From: a virus
Taxonomy: Duplodnaviria > Heunggongvirae > Uroviricota > Caudoviricetes
DNA: 14,709 nt
IMG/VR virus record: IMGVR_UViG_2541047938_000005
Strand: one strand, 5' to 3'
Shown here: positions 1 through 6,605 of the stretch, in pieces
Layout: each line of letters begins with the position of its first letter
Numbering within the stretch: the first letter of the stretch is position 1
Made by a program: the position numbers and the translations under genes
Notes under the pieces: generated by a model
The model's database searches: none
The model's input: only the letters and a program-made list of their open reading frames with translations
Told to the model about the DNA's origin: nothing

Positions 1-600
1 ATGGCGCATATACAACTGGTCAAACAAACCTCTTCTGGTTTACTTCTCCCGGCGACGCCGGAGAGTTGCGATTTTCTGCATCAAATCAAAATAGGTGAGT
101 GGATACACGCAGACTTTAAGCGTGTGCGTAACTACGCATTCCACAAGCGTTTTTTCAAACTCCTGCAACTGGGATTCGATTACTGGACTCCGGTCGGTGG
201 GGCGATCACGCCTCGCGAACGAGAACTGCTGTCTGGTTTCGTTGATTACCTGTGCGAATCAGTTGGTCGGGAACACACGCCAGCCCTGAGTGATGCCGCA
301 GAGCAATACCTTAACACCGTTGCGACTCGTAGAACCCGGGATACGGCGTTGCTAAAGTCGTTTGAGGCTTTCCGCGAGTGGGTAACCATTCAGGCCGGAT
401 TTTACACCGAGCATATTTATCCGGACGGTAGCCGTGGGCGTCGGGCAAAATCCATCGCTTTTGCGAATATGGACGAAGTCGAGTTTCAGCAGGTTTATAA
501 ATCTGTACTGAATGTGCTGTGGAACTGGATTCTGTTCCGTAAATTCTCCTCTCAGGAGGAAGTTGAAAATGTGGCCGCACAACTACTGGAGTTTGCGTAA
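1..600 (+). CDS. nin-region protein, DUF1367-like (function unknown)
   Basis: 199-aa ORF starting at window position 1, so the true start may lie upstream. Stop TAA overlaps the next start (TAATG at 598-602), suggesting translational coupling. Family assignment is from memory of lambdoid genes upstream of Q. Confidence 0.65.
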   Translation: MAHIQLVKQTSSGLLLPATPESCDFLHQIKIGEWIHADFKRVRNYAFHKRFFKLLQLGFDYWTPVGGAITPRERELLSGFVDYLCESVGREHTPALSDAAEQYLNTVATRRTRDTALLKSFEAFREWVTIQAGFYTEHIYPDGSRGRRAKSIAFANMDEVEFQQVYKSVLNVLWNWILFRKFSSQEEVENVAAQLLEFA

Positions 601-890
601 TGGTGAATTTACGTAAAGCGGCTAAAGGCCAGATGTGCCAGATCAGAATCCCTGGCTACTGCAATCACAATCCCGAAACCTCTGTGCTGGCGCATTACAG
701 GCTGGCGGGGACGTGCGGAACAGCGACAAAACCACATGATATGCAGGCGGCGATAGCCTGTAGCTCATGCCACGATCTAATCGACGGGCGGGTAAAAACC
801 AGCGATTACACCAAAGAAGAATTGCGCCTGATGCATGCTGAAGGGGTTTTTCGCACACAAGAAATCTGGAGAAAGAAAGGTCATTTATGA
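600..890 (+). CDS. YbcO-like Cys-rich nin-region protein (DUF1364, putative nuclease)
   Basis: 96 aa; motif MxxLRKAAxGxxCQxRIPGxCNxNPETSVLAH and CxxC pairs match what I recall of DLP12 YbcO. Start overlaps the upstream stop, and its own stop overlaps the Q start (ATGA at 887-890). Confidence 0.75.
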   Translation: MVNLRKAAKGQMCQIRIPGYCNHNPETSVLAHYRLAGTCGTATKPHDMQAAIACSSCHDLIDGRVKTSDYTKEELRLMHAEGVFRTQEIWRKKGHL

Positions 891-1429
891 TTTACCCAAC
901 GAATACAGGAAAAAGCGGAGAACACCTTCGCCTCACCACGCTGGAAAGTGTCTGGATTCAGGGAAAACTACGTATGTGGGGGCGCTGGTCGTATATTGGC
1001 GGTGGCAGGTCAGGGAATATGTTCAATCAGTTGTTGGCATCCAAAAAACTGACGAAAACAGCCATTAATGAAGCCCTGCGCAGAATGAAAAAAGCGGGAA
1101 TAGAGAAAGCTGAGCTGGAAGCGTTTTTGCGAGAGATGATCAACGGCAAGCAAAAGAGCTGGCTGGCGCATTGTACTGATGCAGAGGCGTTATGTATTGA
1201 TCGAGTCATAAGTGAGGTGCTGGCAGAGCATCCAGGATTGATTTGCATTCTCCGGCAACGCTATGAAGGGCGGGGGATGACTAAGCGCAAAATGGCTGAA
1301 TTGCTAAATGATGCACACCCAGAGTGGTGTTTTAGCACATGCGAAAAACGGATTGCTAATTGGTTAGCTGTTGCTGAGTATGCCCTATATATTCCCATGC
1401 GTGAATCATTTGCTGAGAAAATGGCTTGA
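887..1429 (+). CDS. Late-gene antitermination protein Q-like
   Basis: 180 aa, positioned right after nin genes and upstream of terminators and the lysis cassette. C-terminal segment MTKRKMAELLNDAHPEWCFSTCEKRIANWLAVAEYALY looks like a DNA-binding helix region. Family call is positional plus remembered similarity, not a search. Confidence 0.6.
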   Translation: MIYPTNTGKSGEHLRLTTLESVWIQGKLRMWGRWSYIGGGRSGNMFNQLLASKKLTKTAINEALRRMKKAGIEKAELEAFLREMINGKQKSWLAHCTDAEALCIDRVISEVLAEHPGLICILRQRYEGRGMTKRKMAELLNDAHPEWCFSTCEKRIANWLAVAEYALYIPMRESFAEKMA

Positions 1430-1507
1430 TTTCTTACGTATAAACTGCTTCAATTTTGCTATGCTTCGCAAAGCTGTATCGCGAGGCGGATTGCAGACAT
1501 GGACATC

Positions 1508-1538
1508 GTAAAAAAACCGCTTAATGCGGTTTTTTTAC
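1508..1538. terminator. Intrinsic terminator, probably bidirectional
   Basis: A-run (1510-1516), stem AACCGC (1515-1520) / GCGGTT (1526-1531), loop TTAAT, then T-run (1530-1536). About 80 nt downstream of the Q stop. Confidence 0.55.
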
Positions 1539-1856
1539 GTCAGGAAAGCAGGGGAGAATGCTGCTAGTTGGGCAACTGGTCTTTCTGCTCCAAATTATAA
1601 CAGAGACCAGTTATAGTTTCGGTGCTGTGTTTTTTTTACAATATTGTGATAACACATTGCTGGCGGGAGTTTTGATATTTCTTGGCAGGGGCTGATGATG
1701 CGTTATCCTGATGTCGTCAACTCATATAAAATGAGATGAGAGATCATTGCAGGGTGGTTTGTAATTCGCTGTTTAGCGGGACAATATGTTGTCTGATACA
1801 AGACACCCGACGCCTCAGATTACTATAATAAAGACGAAGCATCCTTTGTATTGACC

Positions 1857-1882
1857 AACCGCCTGTTTAGGCGGTTCTTTTT
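1857..1882 (+). terminator. Intrinsic terminator (candidate tR'-like element)
   Basis: Stem AACCGCC (1857-1863) / GGCGGTT (1870-1876), loop TGTTTA, followed by CTTTTT. A TATAAT hexamer lies at 1824-1829 without a convincing -35. Confidence 0.5.
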
Positions 1883-2414
1883 GGGCTGGTTTATTGTATG
1901 CCAAATGATTATTAAAAAGGTTGTGTTAATAACAAAATCCGAAATAATATGCCTGCATATTTTTATCTTGCTTATATTCTGCATATTGTGCATAGCAGGC
2001 TCATCCCTGCAATCAAAACTGTATGATGAGTATTTTTTGTTTTCCTTTTTTCCAGTCATCTGATGATGACCTGCTTCTTTTTAATCCGGATCGACATCAG
2101 TTTTTTAAGATAATTCCTGCGAGTTATATGCATAAATGCCACAAACTCCGCATTTTATGTGGTTGGGAGTTGCCGGGCGCGCAGTGAGTTTGCTAAGAAA
2201 ACTCCTGCATGGTGAATCCCCCTGTGCGGTGGGGTGATACCATTAACCTTTTCTGTCGCCGACAGGTATCACGAACATTTTGTTCACCGGGAGGCACCCG
2301 GCACCATGCACTTCAATAGATTCTCTCCACATTATGGATATTCTTTCAGAATATCCCACGCAGACTTTGTGTAAATGTTAACAAATGTGCGTTTTATTTG
2401 ATCTGATTCGCTGT

Positions 2415-2444
2415 TTGAGCGTCCAAAACAACGGTATATATAAT
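2415..2444 (+). promoter_or_regulatory. Candidate sigma70 promoter for the lipoprotein moron
   Basis: TTGAGC (2415-2420), 18-bp spacer, TATAAT (2439-2444, within TATATAAT), about 30 nt upstream of the GAGGA RBS at 2466-2470. Hexamer reading only. Confidence 0.3.
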
Positions 2445-2473
2445 CCTTTACTATATGACATATGTGAGGAAAA

Positions 2474-2902
2474 ATGGGTTTTCGTAGCGCATCAATTCTT
2501 ACGTTGATTATTAGTGGGATTATTATCGGGTGCACTGATGCTGTATCGACAAATTATCATGACCGTACATCATATTACTCCGATAAAGCAATAGAGACAC
2601 AGTATGTGAGTTCATCTGAACGTACTTCTGATGTTAGTGAGGATATCCGTCTGTATGCCCATCAAATCAAGAGCGCCATCGAAAAACAGTTCGGGGATGC
2701 GAGTAAGTATTCAGGAAAAGAGTGTACACTGAGAATGCATATGGCCCCGAATGGCCTTCTACTGGAGGTTAAAAGAGAAAGTGGAGACCTCGATTTATGT
2801 CGTGAAGCGATGAATGCGATAAAGAATGCTGATATACCTGCCCCCCCTTCGCCGGAAGTATATAAAGTATTTCAAAATGGGGTGCTGGATTTTAAACCCT
2901 GA
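2474..2902 (+). CDS. Lipoprotein with TolA C-terminal (domain III)-like module
   Basis: 142 aa. RBS GAGGA 2466-2470. N-terminal signal peptide with lipobox IIGC (Cys then Thr at +2, so no Asp Lol-avoidance signal). C-terminal ~85 aa track the TolA C-terminus as I recall it: YAHQIKSAIEKQF / CTLRMHMAPNGLLLEV / DLCREA / IPAPPSPEVYKVF / LDFKP. Confidence 0.8.
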   Translation: MGFRSASILTLIISGIIIGCTDAVSTNYHDRTSYYSDKAIETQYVSSSERTSDVSEDIRLYAHQIKSAIEKQFGDASKYSGKECTLRMHMAPNGLLLEVKRESGDLDLCREAMNAIKNADIPAPPSPEVYKVFQNGVLDFKP

Positions 2903-3052
2903 TATTTATTGTTTTGTAATAAACGGTTTCGGCTTAGGTTTGTTCTGACACAGCTACGGCACTGAGCTAAATTTAGCGGATAGTCAGCTCTGAGCCAGTG
3001 GCGGACGTAACAACTACTATTGCTGAGATTTTAATGGATTGAGGAGCAAGAA

Positions 3053-3448
3053 GTGGGATTAAAGAAAATCGTTATGTTGACTTTTTGGGTCGGTTTTGTT
3101 GCGGGATGCACACCTTTACACCCTTCAGATTGCCACAAAACTACTGCTACAGGTAGTTGCAGTTCAGGACGCTGGGATGATCAGGATGAATGGGGGGCGC
3201 AAGCGCGGGGAATCAGAGCTGCAATTAATGCCAAACTTGATGAGCCGCATAACTGGAAAGGGAAAAAATGCAGGTTGCATATGGAATTCTCTCAGGATGG
3301 CACGGCGTTAAAAATATCTACCAGTAACGGTGATAAAGCCTATTGCGAAGCGATAAAGTCCGCAGCTCATAAAGCCAAATTTCCGGCCTTCAACAATCCG
3401 GAAGTCTACAGAGATTTTCAGAAATCTGGCTTTGACATGCGAGGTTAG
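3053..3448 (+). CDS. Second, divergent lipoprotein with TolA domain III-like C-terminus
   Basis: 131 aa, GTG start 3053 with GAGGAG RBS 3041-3046. Lipobox VAGC with Thr at +2. C-terminus keeps the same scaffold in divergent form (KKCRLHMEFSQDGTALKI ... GDKAYCEAIKSAAHKAKFPAFNNPEVYRDFQ). No obvious terminator between the two genes, so probably co-transcribed. Confidence 0.7.
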   Translation: MGLKKIVMLTFWVGFVAGCTPLHPSDCHKTTATGSCSSGRWDDQDEWGAQARGIRAAINAKLDEPHNWKGKKCRLHMEFSQDGTALKISTSNGDKAYCEAIKSAAHKAKFPAFNNPEVYRDFQKSGFDMRG

Positions 3449-3573
3449 CTCTTCAATTACTATATCTCATTCATAGCAAACTGACAGATTTGATGATGTT
3501 CTATATACGAAACCTGTGATGTCAAGTCTGAGCTAATACAAATAAACATAATATCAGAGAAATACATTTTATT

Positions 3574-3596
3574 AGCTCGCTACGGCGAGCTTTTTA
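3574..3596 (+). terminator. Intrinsic terminator closing the lipoprotein moron
   Basis: Stem AGCTCGC (3574-3580) / GCGAGCT (3585-3591), loop TACG, followed by TTTTT. Confidence 0.5.
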
Positions 3597-3699
3597 TATT
3601 GCATCGTCTCCAGCATATATATCAATTAAGGCTCTGATTGATGTGTCTGAAAGCCTACACATAATAACTATGCCATCCGTTCCGTGCGGAGGTGAGGCT

Positions 3700-3915
3700 A
3701 TGAAATCCATGGACAAAATTTCAACAGGCATTGCCTACGGCACCTCCGCAGGCAGTGCTGGCTACTGGTTTTTACAGTTGCTCGATAGAGTAACTCCGTC
3801 ACAGTGGGCTGCAATCGGTGTGCTGGGTAGTCTGGTATTTGGCCTGCTGACGTACCTGACAAACCTTTATTTCAAGATTAAAGAAGATAAGCGCAAGGCT
3901 GCGAGAGGTGAATAA
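3700..3915 (+). CDS. S: Class II holin (pinholin), phage 21 S-type, with dual-start motif
   Basis: 71 aa: [26 protein letters not shown] ... [20 protein letters not shown]. Two in-frame starts (Met1 at 3700, Met4 at 3709) fit the antiholin/holin pair known for S21. The ORF track's upstream GTG (3643) is probably not the start; GGAGGTGAGG RBS at 3689-3697. Confidence 0.9.
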   Translation: MKSMDKISTGIAYGTSAGSAGYWFLQLLDRVTPSQWAAIGVLGSLVFGLLTYLTNLYFKIKEDKRKAARGE

Positions 3916-4412
3916 TGCCTCCATCATTACGAAAAGTCGTTGCTGCTGCTATTGGTGGCGGAGCAATTGCTATAGCATCAGTGTTAATCACTGGCCCAAG
4001 TGGTAACGATGGTCTGGAAGGTGTCAGCTACATACCATACAAAGATATTGTTGGTGTATGGACTGTATGTCACGGGCATACAGGAAAAGACATCATGCTC
4101 GGTAAAACGTATACCAAAGCAGAATGCAAAACACTCTTGAATAAAGACCTTGCCACTGTCGCCAGACAAATTAACCCGTACATCAAAGTCGATATACCGG
4201 AAACAACGCGCGGCGCTCTTTACTCATTCGTTTACAACGTGGGTGCTGGCAATTTCAGAACATCGACGCTTCTTCGCAAAATAAACCAGGGCGATATCAA
4301 AGGCGCATGTGATCAGCTACGTCGCTGGACATATGCTGGCGGTAAGCAATGGAAAGGTCTCATGACTCGTCGTGAGATTGAGCGTGAAATCTGTTTGTGG
4401 GGTCAGCAATGA
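3915..4412 (+). CDS. R: SAR (signal-arrest-release) endolysin, phage 21 R-type lysozyme
   Basis: 165 aa. Gly/Ala-rich N-terminal SAR helix ([20 protein letters not shown]), then lysozyme core with the E..D..T catalytic spacing ([24 protein letters not shown]). Start overlaps the S stop (TAATG). Confidence 0.9.
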   Translation: MPPSLRKVVAAAIGGGAIAIASVLITGPSGNDGLEGVSYIPYKDIVGVWTVCHGHTGKDIMLGKTYTKAECKTLLNKDLATVARQINPYIKVDIPETTRGALYSFVYNVGAGNFRTSTLLRKINQGDIKGACDQLRRWTYAGGKQWKGLMTRREIEREICLWGQQ

Positions 4413-4873
4413 ACAGAGTAACCGCGATTATCTCCGCTCTGGTTATCTGCATCATCGTCTGCCTGTCATGGGCTGTTAATCATTACCGTGATAACGCCAT
4501 TACCTACAAAGCCCAGCGCGACAAAAATGCCAGAGAACTGAAGCTGGCGAACGCGGCAATTACTGACATGCAGATGCGTCAGCGTGATGTTGCTGCGCTC
4601 GATGCAAAATACACGAAGGAGTTAGCTGATGCGAAAGCTGAAAATGATGCTCTGCGTGATGATGTTGCCGCTGGTCGTCGTCGGTTGCACATCAAAGCAG
4701 TCTGTCAGTCAGTGCGTGAAGCCACCACCGCCTCCGGCGTGGATAATGCAGCCTCCCCCCGACTGGCAGACACCGCTGAACGGGATTATTTCACCCTCCG
4801 GGAACGACTGGTAATGATGCAGGCCCAACTTGAAGGTGCTCAGCAATACATAACCGAGCAGTGTTTAAAGTAA
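4409..4873 (+). CDS. Rz: Rz inner-membrane spanin (i-spanin), lambda-type
   Basis: 154 aa from ATG 4409, overlapping the R stop (ATGA). N-terminal TM segment then coiled-coil periplasmic domain; close to lambda Rz as I recall it. Confidence 0.9.
   Translation: MNRVTAIISALVICIIVCLSWAVNHYRDNAITYKAQRDKNARELKLANAAITDMQMRQRDVAALDAKYTKELADAKAENDALRDDVAAGRRRLHIKAVCQSVREATTASGVDNAASPRLADTAERDYFTLRERLVMMQAQLEGAQQYITEQCLK
4629..4814 (+). CDS. Rz1: Rz1 outer-membrane lipoprotein spanin (o-spanin), embedded in Rz in the +1 frame
   Basis: 61 aa: [20 protein letters not shown] (lipobox) followed by a proline-rich segment [23 protein letters not shown] about 8 nt upstream. Fully nested in Rz as in lambda. 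Confidence 0.85.
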   Translation: MRKLKMMLCVMMLPLVVVGCTSKQSVSQCVKPPPPPAWIMQPPPDWQTPLNGIISPSGNDW

Positions 4874-5010
4874 AATCTTAACTACAATATGATTCATTTT
4901 GATGATTGTTTCATAAGGAACAGTGAAGTAAGATCTAAGAGGAGTTAAATTTTATACAGTATAATCATAATATTGCAGCAAGGTGGTTATAATTGAAAGA
5001 ATATTTAGAT

Positions 5011-6468
5011 ATGAATACATCTCATGTAAGAGTTGTTACTCATATGTGTGGGTTCCTGGTTTGGCTCTATAGTCTTTCAATGTTGCCACCAATGGTTGTA
5101 GCATTGTTTTATAAAGAAAAAAGCCTGTTCGTTTTCTTTATAACTTTCGTTATATTTTTTTGCATTGGTGGCGGAGCGTGGTATACAACTAAGAAATCTG
5201 GCATTCAATTACGTACCCGTGATGGGTTTATTATAATTGTAATGTTTTGGATTTTGTTTTCTGTTATTAGTGCATTCCCTTTATGGATTGACTCAGAACT
5301 TAATTTAACGTTCATTGATGCTCTGTTTGAAGGGGTTTCTGGAATAACAACAACAGGAGCAACTGTAATTGATGATGTTAGTTCATTACCTCGGGCATAT
5401 TTGTACTATCGGTCACAGTTAAATTTTATAGGTGGTTTAGGAGTTATTGTTCTGGCGGTTGCAGTATTGCCATTATTGGGTATTGGTGGTGCAAAGCTTT
5501 ATCAGTCAGAAATGCCGGGGCCATTTAAGGATGACAAACTCACTCCCCGCCTGGCCGATACGTCACGGACACTGTGGATAACTTATTCTTTATTAGGTAT
5601 TGCTTGTATTGTCTGTTATAGACTTGCAGGAATGCCTTTGTTTGATGCTATTTGTCACGGGATTTCCACAGTTTCGCTTGGTGGTTTCTCAACTCATAGC
5701 GAGAGTATCGGATATTTTAATAACTATTTGGTTGAGCTGGTGGCTGGTTCTTTTTCCCTGCTATCGGCTTTCAACTTCACTCTTTGGTATATTGTTATTA
5801 GCAGAAAAACGATAAAACCTTTAATCAGAGATATTGAACTTCGTTTCTTTCTGTTAATAGCCTTAGGGGTGATCATTGTTACCTCTTTCCAGGTCTGGCA
5901 TATAGGTATGTATGACTTGCATGGAAGTTTTATTCATTCGTTTTTTCTTGCCAGCTCCATGCTCACTGATAATGGTTTAGCTACGCAGGATTATGCAAAC
6001 TGGCCCACGCACACGATAGTGTTTTTGCTGTTGTCAAGTTTCTTTGGGGGATGTATAGGTTCAACCTGTGGTGGAATTAAGTCACTTCGATTTCTTATAC
6101 TTTTCAAACAAAGCAAACACGAGATAAATCAGCTTTCTCATCCCAGAGCGTTGTTGAGTGTAAATGTAGGAGGGAAGATAGTTACAGATCGTGTAATGAG
6201 GTCTGTATGGAGTTTCTTTTTTCTTTATACTCTCTTCACGGTGTTTTTTATACTGGTGTTAAATGGTATGGGATATGATTTTCTTACATCATTTGCAACA
6301 GTGGCTGCATGTATTAATAATATGGGATTAGGTTTTGGGGCTACTGCATCGTCATTCGGAGTGCTTAATGACATTGCAAAATATTTAATGTGCATAGCTA
6401 TGATTCTTGGTCGCCTTGAAATTTATCCTGTTATTATATTGTTTTCAGGTTTTTTTTGGCGCTCCTAA
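5011..6468 (+). CDS. trkG: Trk-system K+ uptake protein TrkG (TrkH/KtrB family)
   Basis: 485 aa from ATG 5011 (MNTSHVRVV...). Multi-pass membrane protein with repeated pore-loop-like glycine motifs (GITTTG, IGGLG, VSLGGF, TCGGIKS). Visibly AT-rich compared with flanking phage genes. trkG is an established Rac cargo gene. Confidence 0.9.
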   Translation: MNTSHVRVVTHMCGFLVWLYSLSMLPPMVVALFYKEKSLFVFFITFVIFFCIGGGAWYTTKKSGIQLRTRDGFIIIVMFWILFSVISAFPLWIDSELNLTFIDALFEGVSGITTTGATVIDDVSSLPRAYLYYRSQLNFIGGLGVIVLAVAVLPLLGIGGAKLYQSEMPGPFKDDKLTPRLADTSRTLWITYSLLGIACIVCYRLAGMPLFDAICHGISTVSLGGFSTHSESIGYFNNYLVELVAGSFSLLSAFNFTLWYIVISRKTIKPLIRDIELRFFLLIALGVIIVTSFQVWHIGMYDLHGSFIHSFFLASSMLTDNGLATQDYANWPTHTIVFLLLSSFFGGCIGSTCGGIKSLRFLILFKQSKHEINQLSHPRALLSVNVGGKIVTDRVMRSVWSFFFLYTLFTVFFILVLNGMGYDFLTSFATVAACINNMGLGFGATASSFGVLNDIAKYLMCIAMILGRLEIYPVIILFSGFFWRS

Positions 6469-6605
6469 TATATGGCTGATTTATAATTGTGAGTTTAATA
6501 TTATGTTGACTCACTCATTGATCCAATACCTAACTTTACCAGCAACACCTCCGCCCCCAGTAGCACTGGCTGCTGGGGTGCGTTTTATTCATAAAGCAAG
6601 GCTGT

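Noticed and set aside
311-582. Minus-strand ORFs 311-580 and 352-582 (89 and 76 aa)
   Set aside because: Fully inside the + strand nin-region gene; translations are Arg/Pro-rich junk typical of antisense shadow ORFs; no RBS context.
643-1248. Minus-strand ORFs 643-858 and 1027-1248, and + strand alternate-frame ORF 835-1068
   Set aside because: Overlap the YbcO-like and Q genes, which have recognisable family features; alternate frames show no motifs.
1823-2063. Overlapping ORFs 1823-2059 (-) and 1851-2063 (+) in the AT-rich spacer
   Set aside because: Low-complexity translations driven by AT-rich sequence, no Shine-Dalgarno, and they run through a terminator hairpin; treated as non-coding.
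2253-2265. Possible LexA (SOS) box
   Set aside because: The palindrome is CTGT-N5-ACAG, whereas the LexA consensus needs CTGT-N8-ACAG. Kept only as an unassigned operator-like palindrome in a finding.
1540-2470. tRNA gene in the Q-S spacer, as seen in Stx phages
   Set aside because: Scanned both strands for the conserved T-arm (GGTTCGAATCC-like) and its complement; none found, and no cloverleaf-sized GC-rich block is visible.
2332-2535. Minus-strand ORF 2332-2535 (67 aa) overlapping the lipoprotein promoter and start
   Set aside because: Antisense to a well-supported promoter/RBS/start region; no features of its own.
3096-3311. Alternate-frame ORF inside the lipoprotein 2 gene
   Set aside because: Same strand, different frame, no motifs; the lipoprotein frame has the signal peptide and TolA-like domain.
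3643-3699. Upstream GTG start (3643) for the holin, giving a 90-aa product
   Set aside because: The extension adds a non-hydrophobic leader not seen in S21-type holins; the RBS and the M-K-S-M dual start at 3700/3709 fit the known architecture.
3984-4169. Minus-strand ORF inside the endolysin gene
   Set aside because: Antisense shadow ORF within a strongly supported gene.
4993-5010. TTG start at 4993 extending TrkG by 6 residues (MKEYLD)
   Set aside because: ATG 5011 gives MNTSHV and the 485-aa length I recall for TrkG; no reason to prefer the TTG.
5600-5815. Alternate-frame ORF inside trkG
   Set aside because: Embedded in a membrane-protein gene with continuous hydrophobic periodicity in the main frame.
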